A stretch of DNA of 64,000 bases, taken from Oligoflexales bacterium. Lineage in GTDB: Bacteria; Bdellovibrionota_B; Oligoflexia; Oligoflexales; JAPPIL01. Below, in pieces: positions 20,558 to 31,181 of this stretch. Made by a program: the position numbers and the translations under genes. The notes under the pieces are model-generated. The model was given only the letters and a program-made list of their open reading frames with translations. It had not been told where the DNA came from and did not search any database. Positions within the stretch are counted from its first letter, which is position 1. Each line of letters starts with the position of its first letter. The DNA is taken from assembly GCA_965215515.1 (NCBI GenBank), contig OZ244057.1, positions 288,001 to 352,000 on the forward strand, read 5' to 3'.

Positions 20558-21868
20558 ATGCCGCAGCAACATGTCGTTGTTATCGGAGCGGGTTTCTGTG
20601 GCTTGGCAGCAGCTTGGGAGCTAGTGCAGCACGGTGTCGCCGTTACCGTGCTTGAACAGGATAACGTAGTTGGCGGACTGGCAGGCAGTTTTGCGGTCGG
20701 CGGCACGCGGCTGGAAAAATTCTACCATCATTGGTTCACCAGCGACACGCATGTCACCCAACTCGTCACCGAGCTGGGGTTGCAGGAAAGATTGGTATCG
20801 CGCCACACCCGCACAGGCATGTATTACGCTCACAATTTTTTCCGTCTCTCCTCGCCGCTTGATCTGCTGCGTTTTCGCGCTTTGCCACTGCTCGATCGTC
20901 TGCGACTGGGCTTGCTTGTGCCGCGTGTACAGTTGCTCAGAGATTGGCACAAGCTCGAGGGTCAAACCGCAGCCGCATGGGTGCAACATACCTGTGGTGA
21001 ACGTGTGTACCGCGTCGTCTGGCAACCGTTGCTGCGCGGTAAATTCGGTGCGGAAGCGGACAACATCGCTGCGGTTTGGTTGTGGAACAAACTAAAACTA
21101 CGCGGTGGCAGCCGCAGCAAAGACGGGCGTGAACAACTGGTATACCTGCGCGACGGTGGTTTTGCCGCGCTGACTGAATGCCTCGCCGCTGCCATTCAAG
21201 CACGGGGCGGAAAAATTGCCACCAACACCCGCGCCCTCGCCCTCGCCGTGCGCGACAAACAGGTACAGGCTGTGCGTACCGACAACACCAGCATCGCTGC
21301 CACGCACGTCATCGCCACGCCAGCCTTGCCTATCATCGCGCGGTTGCTCCGCGGGCACGTACCGCATGTTTATGAACAATCTCTACATCGTGTCACTTAT
21401 CTGGCCAATGTCTGCACCGTGCTGGAACTCAAGCACAGCCTCTCCGATCTTTATTGGATCAACATCAACGACCCTAGCTTTCCTTTTGTCGGTGTCATCG
21501 AACACACCAACTACGAGCCTGCCGCCAGCTACGGAACACGGCACATCGTCTATCTGTCACGCTACCTACCTGCCCACGACTCCTTCTATCGCAAGAAAGA
21601 CGATGAGATTGTGCGTTACAGTGTGAATCATCTGCGCCGCATGTTCCCTTCCTTCCGTGACGACAGCCTGCTGTGTGCCCACGTCTGGCGTGCCGACTAT
21701 GCACAGCCAGTGATTGTCTGCCACTACAATCGCTTGCGCCCTGCACCGCAAACACCGCTCACCAACTTCTATATTGCCAGCATGGCACAGATCTACCCAC
21801 AGGATCGGGGCACTAACTATGCCATCGCCTCAGGCAGAGAGATAGCACGGGCTTTGTTACCATGCTAG
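20558..21868 (+). CDS. NAD(P)/FAD-dependent oxidoreductase (protoporphyrinogen/amine oxidase fold)
   Basis: Motifs VIGAGFCGLAAA, LEKFYHHWF and QIYPQDRGTNYA. Confidence 0.85.
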   Translation: MPQQHVVVIGAGFCGLAAAWELVQHGVAVTVLEQDNVVGGLAGSFAVGGTRLEKFYHHWFTSDTHVTQLVTELGLQERLVSRHTRTGMYYAHNFFRLSSPLDLLRFRALPLLDRLRLGLLVPRVQLLRDWHKLEGQTAAAWVQHTCGERVYRVVWQPLLRGKFGAEADNIAAVWLWNKLKLRGGSRSKDGREQLVYLRDGGFAALTECLAAAIQARGGKIATNTRALALAVRDKQVQAVRTDNTSIAATHVIATPALPIIARLLRGHVPHVYEQSLHRVTYLANVCTVLELKHSLSDLYWININDPSFPFVGVIEHTNYEPAASYGTRHIVYLSRYLPAHDSFYRKKDDEIVRYSVNHLRRMFPSFRDDSLLCAHVWRADYAQPVIVCHYNRLRPAPQTPLTNFYIASMAQIYPQDRGTNYAIASGREIARALLPC

Positions 21869-22326
21869 TCGCCGCGGCCGAGTTTAACGATGAGCTGGTA
21901 TTCTTTTGCGTTACAGGGCTGTACCGACAGGCGCGTGCCTTTTTTGATGACCAACATGTTCTCCAGACCGCGGGTGGCTTTCAGGAGGGAGAGAGGCACG
22001 AAGGCAGAGAACTTGGCGACGAAGGCCACTTCGATGCTAAACCAGCGTGGTTTGTAGACACTCGACTGGCGATCGTAATAGGGCGACTGAGGATCGAAAG
22101 CAGAGGGATCGGGGAAAGATTCACGACTGACGACCGCGGTGCCCGCCACCCCCGAAGGATTAGCGTTGGAGTGATAGAAGAGCACCTTATCGTGTAGCTT
22201 GACATCGTCGCGCAGCATGTTGCGTGCTTGATAATTGCGTACCCCCTCCCAGAGGGTGCTCTTATCCTGGCGCAAATCATCGATCGAATAAACCGACGGC
22301 TCGCATTTCATCAACCAGTAGCGCAC
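21865..22326 (-). CDS. EVE domain protein
   Basis: Motifs YWLMKCEP, WEGVRNYQARN, FYHSN and RLSVQP. Confidence 0.92.
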   Translation of the reverse strand: MRYWLMKCEPSVYSIDDLRQDKSTLWEGVRNYQARNMLRDDVKLHDKVLFYHSNANPSGVAGTAVVSRESFPDPSAFDPQSPYYDRQSSVYKPRWFSIEVAFVAKFSAFVPLSLLKATRGLENMLVIKKGTRLSVQPCNAKEYQLIVKLGRGD

Positions 22327-22434
22327 AGCAAGCCTCACCCGCAAAAACAAAACTGGGCGGATTATAGCGAATCATTTCTGGAATTTCAACTGCCTGCATG
22401 CTACCATGGAGGGTAGTAATAGTAATCTCAGGCA

Positions 22435-22893
22435 ATGCCAATGCCGCGCATCTTGTGTGTTGTGTTGCTACTCTCTGGGTGGCAGTGTCGCGACACTCAG
22501 CACGACAACTCCCCGTCTCCCGCGTCCGAGTCGTCTGACGATGGTGTCGTGTGCCCGCAGCTCGCCCTCGCTGCGTTTGAGCAACATATCCAGCCTGCTA
22601 TCGATGCGGCGTGTGGCAACGGAGGTTGTCATGTCAGCGACGGCACGAATGTTGCGGGCGGCGGTCTGGAATTGCAGAAGAAGCAAAACGACGAAACCTT
22701 CATCACCAATCGTGCGGAGATGCTGTCGCATCGCGCCGCGTGGTTGACGGAAGACGGTGAGTTGCTGGCGAAGGTTGGCGATGATGATCCCGCGACGCAC
22801 GAAGGAGGCAACCAAGTGGCTGAGGGGAACATCACGGAGGAGGACATTGTCGCGTGGCTAGAAGCTGAAAAAAGCTGCCGCAGCGATAGCTAG
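22435..22893 (+). CDS. Lipoprotein, putative c-type cytochrome (CX4CH)
   Basis: Lipobox-like SGWQC; FEQHIQPAIDAACGNGGCH; distal HEGG. Confidence 0.6.
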   Translation: MPMPRILCVVLLLSGWQCRDTQHDNSPSPASESSDDGVVCPQLALAAFEQHIQPAIDAACGNGGCHVSDGTNVAGGGLELQKKQNDETFITNRAEMLSHRAAWLTEDGELLAKVGDDDPATHEGGNQVAEGNITEEDIVAWLEAEKSCRSDS

Positions 22894-22928
22894 GGATATT
22901 TTTTACCAGTTAATTAGGGAGGACAAAG

Positions 22929-23315
22929 ATGGTTAGGGTAGCAGCAGCGGTTTTGGCAGCATTGCTGGGATGGCAGTGCAGTAGTGAAAACGAAACAACA
23001 CCCGCGGTAGCCGATTGTGCCGCAGCAGTTGCCGCGTTTACTGCCAACATTCAGCCGCACATCAAGGCTGACAGCTGTGCACAGTCGAGTTGCCATGCGG
23101 GGGGTCAAAAGCCCGACCTCAGGGTCGGTAAGCACAACGCGGCCAGCAACAGAGGAGGAATGCTGGCGGAGGCTAAGGATCACGATGGCTGGCTGGCAGG
23201 AGACACGATGTGGAAATGGCTCAACAGTAATGATCACCCTGGCAGAGATCAGCTCGGTGGTCTGACTGCGGAAAAAATTACCACTTGGGTGGCAGCTGAG
23301 CGCGCGTGCGAGTAG
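22929..23315 (+). CDS. Lipoprotein, putative c-type cytochrome (CX4CH); tandem paralog of 22435-22893
   Basis: LGWQC; FTANIQPHIKADSCAQSSCH; distal HPG. Confidence 0.6.
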   Translation: MVRVAAAVLAALLGWQCSSENETTPAVADCAAAVAAFTANIQPHIKADSCAQSSCHAGGQKPDLRVGKHNAASNRGGMLAEAKDHDGWLAGDTMWKWLNSNDHPGRDQLGGLTAEKITTWVAAERACE

Positions 23316-23520
23316 CCGTGGCAGTAGCTGAGGACTACGCGACGATATCTTTGTCAACAAAAAATTAGTCAGGCGCTACAAAAGGGAAGTCGGCGACGAT
23401 CGGCTTGTCGCGGTAGTCGCACATCTCGACTTCATAATATCAATAGTATGCTTGACTTTTATATAGTAATTATGATAATAATATCGACCGTGCGGTTCTT
23501 GACCAACATCAAGGTGTGTT

Positions 23521-25215
23521 ATGAAAAGTATAATACTGATTACATCGTGTTTGCTCACCGCGGATTTCGCTCTTGCCAGTGTCAGCCCGTCAGTGGTCAG
23601 GCTGCTGAGGAGGATGGATGGTGATGAGGCGACTGCCCTTCGCTCCCTGAGGAGATTACAACAATACCGAGACCGAGCAGACGAGGGCGATCTTGGGAGG
23701 ATTCTGTCACGGTTTAATCTTACCTATGAGCAGCTGCTAGAGAAAAGATTTTTGTCAGGTGTTACTGCAGAATTTTTGTCGGCAATGGATTGGAGTTGGT
23801 ATGAGTTGAGTGGTTTGCTTTACCCTAAGGATAGCAAGCAAGCGGCACGGTTCATCGCCCATTACGATAGCAGTATGCTTGAGGAGAAAGTACAGAGACG
23901 CATGCTGTCAGCACTACAAGCAAAGCAAACCGAGTTTCCACATCAGGCAAGTACTATCGATAATTTTCTGGAGGAACTACCGACTCTGGTCTCCAAAGAG
24001 AAATTTATGAAAACGGAACAAGTTGGACTCCAGAGAAGAAATTTTGGGATAGAGGAGGATGAGAGTATACTGCTGAGGCAGGCAAAAGAAAATTTCTCCA
24101 AAGATAAGTTTAGATGGAGCTACGGACCATCTGCAAGGCTATGGAGCTACGGACCAGCTGCAAGGCTGCTAGCCGATGCCTCTGCATTGGCGCTGTTGAA
24201 GCGTTTTGCGTCGCAAAGAAGGGGATGGGACTATAAACAGGTTGCAGATAGAATACTTACACCTGGCATTACCCGCAAGTTCATGAATGGTGAAATATAT
24301 GATGAACAAGACCTAGCTATTTTGCGGAGGAAAATCAATGATGAAAATTTTAAAGAATTCCTAACGGAGCTTGTTGCATCTAACGATCAGCTACCGCCCG
24401 ACATCTTAGGTTATGTCATAAATATGGAGAAAATGTATTTTGGTACACCATGGATAGTACAACTCGATGGTTTTTGGAAAAAAATTGCTAGCGGTGTTTC
24501 TAGTGATAGAGAACTAATGGCAGTATTGAAAAATGTTGAAAAAAATAGTTTCTATCGGCCTTTTGCTGTTGATGTGCTAGATACGGCAAAAAGAATGTCT
24601 CAGACAGAACAAACTAAATTTTTCGCTAAGATCAGGGCTGCAATCAGGGAAAATGAAAGGTTCGTGCCCGTGAGCGAGTTGTCGAGAGGAGGCAACCAAG
24701 AATTGCCTGTTTCAGTGCCAAAACCGATACGATCACGATCGCCTGTACAGAAGCAAAACAAGCATGCAGCTAGATCTCGGGCACCAGGAAAGCCTGCCAA
24801 ACAAGACGACTTAGCAAAACTTGTCAGTGGAATGGGACGCGGGTACAAAGAGGCCATCAGCAGCGGCTCGCTTGTTAAGAGCGGTTTGTCCAACGATGTG
24901 CCTGTATGGAAGCGTTTGCGGGCTATTCTCAGGTACGCGGGGACAAATGTCGAAGATTTGGCGAAGCGCACTGCTGTGCGAAAGAACATAGGAAATGAAA
25001 GGCTATATGCACTTGTCGCCGACGATGCTACAGAATTACCTAGTGAAGGTGATTTGAAAAGTATTCACGAATCGTTGCGATCATTTATCAATGGGAAGAA
25101 AAAAAGGAGTAAAAAGCTTAACACTAGAGAACGAGCACAGAAAAGAAAAAAGCTGGATATTGTCAGTGCGGCAATTAATGAATTGCTCGAAGAGATCCGC
25201 CACATTTCGGGGTAG
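23521..25215 (+). CDS. Secreted hypothetical protein with basic C-terminus
   Basis: Signal peptide MKSIILITSCLLTADFALA; lower GC than flanks; internal 27-bp duplication at 24114-24167. Confidence 0.65.
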   Translation: MKSIILITSCLLTADFALASVSPSVVRLLRRMDGDEATALRSLRRLQQYRDRADEGDLGRILSRFNLTYEQLLEKRFLSGVTAEFLSAMDWSWYELSGLLYPKDSKQAARFIAHYDSSMLEEKVQRRMLSALQAKQTEFPHQASTIDNFLEELPTLVSKEKFMKTEQVGLQRRNFGIEEDESILLRQAKENFSKDKFRWSYGPSARLWSYGPAARLLADASALALLKRFASQRRGWDYKQVADRILTPGITRKFMNGEIYDEQDLAILRRKINDENFKEFLTELVASNDQLPPDILGYVINMEKMYFGTPWIVQLDGFWKKIASGVSSDRELMAVLKNVEKNSFYRPFAVDVLDTAKRMSQTEQTKFFAKIRAAIRENERFVPVSELSRGGNQELPVSVPKPIRSRSPVQKQNKHAARSRAPGKPAKQDDLAKLVSGMGRGYKEAISSGSLVKSGLSNDVPVWKRLRAILRYAGTNVEDLAKRTAVRKNIGNERLYALVADDATELPSEGDLKSIHESLRSFINGKKKRSKKLNTRERAQKRKKLDIVSAAINELLEEIRHISG

Positions 25216-25444
25216 CTCGCCCCGAGTCCCGTGGGTAAATAAGGCACGGCCGACATAACTTGCCGTCCAGCGACCTGCTGTTACCACCAAAATGGCACAG
25301 ATATTGCTTCCCTAATAGGGCAGATCACGTCAGGTGATCGGAGTTGACTTGCCCGTCGTCGCTGTTGTTGTCGCTCCCTGTGGTAGTCAAGCCCCCTCGT
25401 GGAAGCTGTGCGGAAGCTATTTTAAAGCCAGTCACTCCCCGCCG

Positions 25445-25479
25445 AAACCGCTTGTCCCTTTATGGGACGGGCGGTTTTT
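25445..25479. terminator. Strong hairpin downstream of nadK, probable intrinsic terminator
   Basis: AAACCGCTTGTCCC-TTTAT-GGGACGGGCGGTTTTT. Confidence 0.55.
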
Positions 25480-25484
25480 GCACG

Positions 25485-26372
25485 TCAACACCGCTGAGGA
25501 CGAGCGATCGTCAGGGGAGGGGCGGCTTGGAAGGTAAACGTATCGCCATAGCGTAGCAGCAACGTATGGTGATGACCGTCGAGAGCAAGCAAGGCCTGCT
25601 CACACAACGAACAGATCGTCAGTCGATTCGCCTGTAAATCAAATTCACAACCGTCGATATAATTGCCACTCGATTGGTACAATTCCCTGACCTGAAACTG
25701 AAACTTGTGTGCGCTAAAATCCACCGCCCTGCCACCTGCAGCTTGCAAGGCGGCTGAGCTGCCCGTAGCAGTGGCAACCCATACACCGCTCGATTTCTGG
25801 CTTTCCCAACGCTGGGCAAACTTGACAATGTAGCGTGTCATCGCCGCGGGATTGCTGTTGGTGTAAAGAAAATCATTCAACACCGCCTCGGATAGCTGTT
25901 TCTTGCCCGTCCTGTTGCAGGTTATCTCCGCTCGCAAACGCTGTAACTCCTGCTTCTCTATCTCACCACCCGCTCGCCAACAGGTCGCGAAATGTTCGAG
26001 GCTACGATAATCGAAAGCACATAACTGACCGACACTGCCCTGCGATGATCTTATTCCTACCACCACCGTACGACTGTCGTTCTGCAACGCATGACTAGCA
26101 TTGAGCACCGTGCCATCACCGCCGAGTGTGATAATAAAATCGTACTCCTCCGCAGGCCACGAGCCGCTTTGCGGCTGATGCAATTCAGTCACTTGACAGT
26201 CAGTTGAGGCAAGTATCTTCTGTACCCGCGTAAGAGTTTCAACATGTTCCATATCCGCACGTTCAAGCTGATGCAGATAATCGGGCGGTAAAACCTTGCG
26301 CCGCTCCAAGGCACGCAAAGACTCGCGCTGGGTTGCAGAACTGGTCTTTTTCTTGAGTAATAGAACTCTCAC
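25485..26372 (-). CDS. nadK: NAD(+) kinase
   Basis: Motifs LGGDGTVL, VLND, SSGVWVATATGSSA and LDG. Confidence 0.85.
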   Translation of the reverse strand: MRVLLLKKKTSSATQRESLRALERRKVLPPDYLHQLERADMEHVETLTRVQKILASTDCQVTELHQPQSGSWPAEEYDFIITLGGDGTVLNASHALQNDSRTVVVGIRSSQGSVGQLCAFDYRSLEHFATCWRAGGEIEKQELQRLRAEITCNRTGKKQLSEAVLNDFLYTNSNPAAMTRYIVKFAQRWESQKSSGVWVATATGSSAALQAAGGRAVDFSAHKFQFQVRELYQSSGNYIDGCEFDLQANRLTICSLCEQALLALDGHHHTLLLRYGDTFTFQAAPPLTIARPQRC

Positions 26373-27962
26373 GACTCGTCTGCTTGCGCAGCAGTGTTAG
26401 CCGCCGCCCGCCGCCGATCGAAATGCAGGAAGGCATTGTTGAGAGAGATCTCCCGACGCGCTTCTAAATCCTTACGTGCCTTCTTCTCCAGCCAGTTGTA
26501 GAGCGTACTACCCCGATAAAAACGCAGATACTCATTGTCGGTACGCTCGTCCTTAAAATTTTTCCCCTCGGCAAGCGTTTTTGTTTTTAGCCTGAGTAAA
26601 TAAAAGTCACCTCGCTGCTCGTGTAGTACGTACCGCTCCGACGATAGGCTGTAGACGAGATCACGCAACTCCACTGCTGAGCCCAGCTTGGGCACAAAAC
26701 TCGCCGAGAGCGAGAATTTGCCCGTTGTTTCCTGCTTCAACCCATGCGCCTGCAATTCCTCGCTGAGGCCAGTGCCTGCATTGAGCTTCTCCAGCCAACT
26801 GTGCGCCAACTGCGCAGCGAACTCAGGCCCCCGTGCTTGCCGCAACAACTTCTCGGCAATCTCCCGCTGCGCCGTGGCAAAATCTTTTTCCACGGCCGCC
26901 CGTTTCTCCAAGACCTTGATGATGTGGAAACCAAAATCAGTTTCCGTTACCGCACTGATCTCACCCTTGTCCAACGCAAACGCCGCCGCGCTGAAAGGAG
27001 CAGCCATGTCTTCCCGCACGAAAAAACCTAGATCACCTTTGCGTTCTTTAGCTAACGGTTCGTCGCTGTATTGCTGAGCCAAGTTACCGAAATCTCCCGT
27101 CAAAGCCAGCTTCTGCACTTGCACCGCTAACGTCTGTGCTTCCGCCTTGCTTCGCTTTCTTCCCGCTCCACTGGGGTTACGGGCATCACGGTGCGCGATA
27201 AGAATGTGCTGCGCATGCACCTGCTCCGCTTGCTTGAATGCGCTCGTATGCTCGTCGTAGTAGGTTTTGCTCGCCTGCTTGCCTTCCTCCGTTTGCAAGT
27301 AAGCACCGACCTCGGCAGCGCTGAGCGCAATCTTTAACTGCGAAGCGGAGATTTTGATAAATTCAACATCGAGATGGCTGTTCGCCAGCCGATAGTCGAG
27401 TTCAGCTTCGCCGCGAGAGACGTACACAAAATTGCTGACAAACCGTCGCAACTGCTCCAAGGTCAAATCACGCACCATGTTAGCCATGAACACCTCTTCC
27501 GAATAACGATTGCTGCGCAAGAACGAAGCATAGTAACGTTCAGAAAAATTACCGTCTTTGTCGCGAAAAGCATCGATGCTCGTCAGGTAGGTGATGACAT
27601 CATCCTCGGAAGCCTGTACCCCCAACGCGCGTGCGGCGAGAAACAACGCGGCACGATCGACCAGCTGATTGAGCACAATTTCAGAAAGATTGAGCCGCCC
27701 AGGGTCGAAGTCTTGCCCGTACTGATTCTGGTAGGTCTGATAGGTGTTCTGATAAGCGGAACGAAAATCATTGCTGCTGATGCGCAAATCACCGACCTCC
27801 GCCGCGGTGCCGCTCAAATTCCCCTGATCGCTCTGCGGCGGGAAAATACCAAAAAACGTCAACCCCCCCCACCGCCAGGCCAAGGACTACGTAAGTTCCC
27901 GCATTGCTTAGGAATTTCTTTGCACTCAGCCTGTCGATGGTCGTGTTTTTCCAGCGTTGCAC
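26369..27962 (-). CDS. ppiD: PpiD/SurA-like periplasmic chaperone with parvulin domain; apparent +1 frameshift in a G8 tract at 27863-27870
   Basis: Motifs VHAQHILI, GDLGFF and TDFGFHIIKV. GGAGGAG RBS and GTG at 27962 give an N-terminal TM segment that joins the main ORF if one G is removed. Confidence 0.75.
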
Positions 27963-28061
27963 CGAACTACTCCTCCGAAGATCATCTCCCCGCCGAGCAT
28001 ACCCGTAATACAATCACGGCGCAATCGCCAAAAAAGTGTCAGGTGCTGGTCGACGCAGTAG

Positions 28062-31000
28062 TTACGAAGAACGATGCACATCCTCCGTCGTCGGCGGGAA
28101 AAAAGAACAGATCACGGGCACGAGGTACAACGTCAACAGCTGCATCACCATCCCTCCCAGAACAGGGATTGCCATCGGTTTCATAACCTCACTGCCCGTC
28201 GCAGTCGACCACATCACAGGCAACAGAGCCAACACTGTCGTCGCCGTCGTCATCAACAGCGGTCGTGCTCGCCGTCCACCCGCTTCGAGAATACAAGCAT
28301 ATAGCTCCTCCCGCGTGTGTGGCTGCCGTGCCCGCAACGTCCGTCGCAGATATGCAACCATTACCACCCCGTTATCGACGGTGATGCCGAATAAAGCGAT
28401 AAAACCTACCCACACCGCTACCGAGAGATTAAAATCACCCACCCACAACAACAGCACCCCCCCGACCATCGCCAGCGGCACGGCACTGCAGACGATCAGG
28501 GCATTGCGTAACCCACCTAGTCCCAAGAAAATAATCAATATATTTATCAACAGCACCAAAGGCACGAGCAACAGCAAACGCTGATTAGCTCGCACTTGGT
28601 TTTCGTACTCACCCGCCCATACCAGTGTGTACCCCCGCGGCAAAGTTACGTGTTGTTCGATATGCTGTTTGGCAGCGGCGACGAAATTCCCTAAACTGCG
28701 TCCTTTGACGTTGAGCAGAACGAGTGCACGCAATATTCCGTTCTCCGAGTGAATCGCCGCGGGTCCCGTTACCACTTCGATCTCCGCGAGTTGCTCGAGT
28801 GGAATATGCTGCCCTGTCGGAGCGGGTACGAGCACCCGTCGCAGTTCGTCGATACGATCGCGCAGTTCCTTTTCGTAGCGCACCCGAATGGGATAGCGGG
28901 CACGTCCCTCGTAAAACTGCCCGATCGGCACACCCCCGATTGCCGTTTGCAAAATCTCCGCTACCGTGCCTGTATTGATACCGAAACGTGCTGCGGCGAC
29001 GCGATCGATGTCGAACTCGATGTAAGGTTTACCACCGATACGTTCCGCATAAACCCCGTAAGCACCCTCGACCTGTGCGACTTCCCGTCCGATCTGTGCC
29101 GCGAGCTCTTCTAGTTTGCGCAAGTTATCGCCAAAAATCTTGATCCCCACCGCCGTCTTGATCCCCGTCGAAATCATCCCGATGCGTGTCTGGATAGGAA
29201 AATCCCACGCGTTAACCAGGCCTGGTACCTGCAGAGCACGGTCAAGTTCGTGCATGATGTCGTAAATACTTTTGCCCTGCCACCGCGCAGAGGGCACGAG
29301 TTTGATCACCGTTTCGATCATCGCCACAGGGGCGGGGTCGAGTGCCGAGTCGGTGCGTCCCAGCTTCCCCACCGCATACGCGACCAGCGGATGTGCGTTG
29401 AGGACACGATCGGTGTAAGCCAACAGTTCCCGCGCTTTGGTCATACTGACATCAGGTGTCGTGACAGGCATGTAGAGAATATCACCCTCGTTCAGTGACG
29501 GCATGAACTCTTTTTGTAAGCTATTAAAAACAAAATAACTGCCTACCAACAGAGGTATGAGTGACAACAAAAACAAGCCGCGGTGGCGCAATAGCCTTTG
29601 CAAAATAAAACGGTAGCTGTTGACGATCGCGAGGCTGAGTTTGTTTTGCTGGTGTGGTCTTAGGCTCCCGCGCAGAAAAAACGCGGCCAGTGCGGGGATA
29701 AGTATCACTGCGACCAGCAGCGAGCCGAGCATTGCGAGTGTCTTTGTCCACGCGAGCGGAGTGAACAGCTTGCCTTCACTGCCTTGCAAGGCAAACACGG
29801 GCAAGAAAGTGACGATCGTCGTCATCACTGCGGTCATGATGGCGGGGGCGACTTCGAGGGCCGCATCGGTGATTATTTGCAGGCGTTGTCGTTTATCGCT
29901 GACGGGCTGAGCTGCCAATCTGGTGTAGATGTTTTCGGTCATGATGATGCCCATATCCACCATGGAGCCGATGGCGATTACCAGTCCTGACAGACTCATG
30001 ACGTTAGAGTCGATGTCTAACAACCACATCAAAATAAAACTAATGCCTGCACCGAACGGTAACGTCAGTGAAACTAACACGGAAGCACGTAGGTGCAACA
30101 AGAACAGCAAAATGACGATGACGGTGATAATTATTTCTTGACCGAGTGCGGTGTACACTGTTGCCAGGGTGTTGTCGATCAGTTCGGTGCGGTCGTAGAA
30201 AGGAACGATGCTGACCCCGTGCGGTAGACCTTTGCTGACCACGGCAAGTCGTTGCTTGACCGCGGTGATGACTGTGTGCGGATTTTCGCCGTAACGCATG
30301 GTAACGACACCGCCGACGCTTGCGATGCCGTTTTTGTCGAGTGCTCCGCGCCGAAAGGCAGGGCCGACACCGACGCGGGCAACGTCCTGGACGCGCACGG
30401 CGACGTTGTTGCGTACCGCGATGACGGCGTTTTCGATGTCTTGCAACGACGTAAAAAAACCTTTGCCCCGTACCACAAACTCACGACTGCCGTCTTCGAT
30501 GACTTCCGCGCCGACATCCATGTTGCTGTTTTTGACGGCTTTGATTAGGGTGCTGAGGTGCACGTCAAAGGCAAAAAGTTTTTTGGGATCGACATCTATT
30601 TGGTACTCTTTAACAAAACCGCCGATGCTGCTGACTTCGCTAACTCCCCGCACACTTTGCAGCAGGTATTTAACATAAAAATCTTGCCACGAACGCAATT
30701 CAGCGAGGGAAAGGGGGTTCGCGGCTGCCGCGTCGTTTTCAATTGTATACCAAAATATCTGCCCTAAACCCGTGGCATCGGGCCCCATTTTGGCGACGGC
30801 CCCTGCGGGCAGGGTGTCACCCGCGCGGGAAAGTTTTTCTAAAATGCGTGCCCGACTCCAATAAAAGTCGACCTCGTCGTCAAAAATCAGGTAGATAGTG
30901 GAAAAGCCGAAGGCCGAAGTGCCGCGTATATCCTTGATCCCAGGGATACCTTGTAACAGCACGCTGAGTGGATAGGTGACCTGTGCCTCGATGTCTTGCG

Positions 31001-31181
31001 GGGAACGTCCGCGCCACGCGGTGAACACAATTTGCTGGTTTTCACCGATGTTGGGGATGGCATCGACACGTGCGTGTTTGAGGCTGAACACCGTCCCCAG
31101 GGCGATAAGCACGAAGGTGATGACAACGATAGCGCGCTGCTTGAGTGCCGCGACGATCAGTTTATTGAGGAGGACGTGCAT
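28062..31181 (-). CDS. cusA: Heavy-metal efflux RND permease
   Basis: 1039 aa; motifs DAIPNIGENQQIVFT, YWSRARILE, GPDATGLG and EVMKPMAIPVLGGM. Confidence 0.92.
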   Translation of the reverse strand: MHVLLNKLIVAALKQRAIVVITFVLIALGTVFSLKHARVDAIPNIGENQQIVFTAWRGRSPQDIEAQVTYPLSVLLQGIPGIKDIRGTSAFGFSTIYLIFDDEVDFYWSRARILEKLSRAGDTLPAGAVAKMGPDATGLGQIFWYTIENDAAAANPLSLAELRSWQDFYVKYLLQSVRGVSEVSSIGGFVKEYQIDVDPKKLFAFDVHLSTLIKAVKNSNMDVGAEVIEDGSREFVVRGKGFFTSLQDIENAVIAVRNNVAVRVQDVARVGVGPAFRRGALDKNGIASVGGVVTMRYGENPHTVITAVKQRLAVVSKGLPHGVSIVPFYDRTELIDNTLATVYTALGQEIIITVIVILLFLLHLRASVLVSLTLPFGAGISFILMWLLDIDSNVMSLSGLVIAIGSMVDMGIIMTENIYTRLAAQPVSDKRQRLQIITDAALEVAPAIMTAVMTTIVTFLPVFALQGSEGKLFTPLAWTKTLAMLGSLLVAVILIPALAAFFLRGSLRPHQQNKLSLAIVNSYRFILQRLLRHRGLFLLSLIPLLVGSYFVFNSLQKEFMPSLNEGDILYMPVTTPDVSMTKARELLAYTDRVLNAHPLVAYAVGKLGRTDSALDPAPVAMIETVIKLVPSARWQGKSIYDIMHELDRALQVPGLVNAWDFPIQTRIGMISTGIKTAVGIKIFGDNLRKLEELAAQIGREVAQVEGAYGVYAERIGGKPYIEFDIDRVAAARFGINTGTVAEILQTAIGGVPIGQFYEGRARYPIRVRYEKELRDRIDELRRVLVPAPTGQHIPLEQLAEIEVVTGPAAIHSENGILRALVLLNVKGRSLGNFVAAAKQHIEQHVTLPRGYTLVWAGEYENQVRANQRLLLLVPLVLLINILIIFLGLGGLRNALIVCSAVPLAMVGGVLLLWVGDFNLSVAVWVGFIALFGITVDNGVVMVAYLRRTLRARQPHTREELYACILEAGGRRARPLLMTTATTVLALLPVMWSTATGSEVMKPMAIPVLGGMVMQLLTLYLVPVICSFFPPTTEDVHRSS

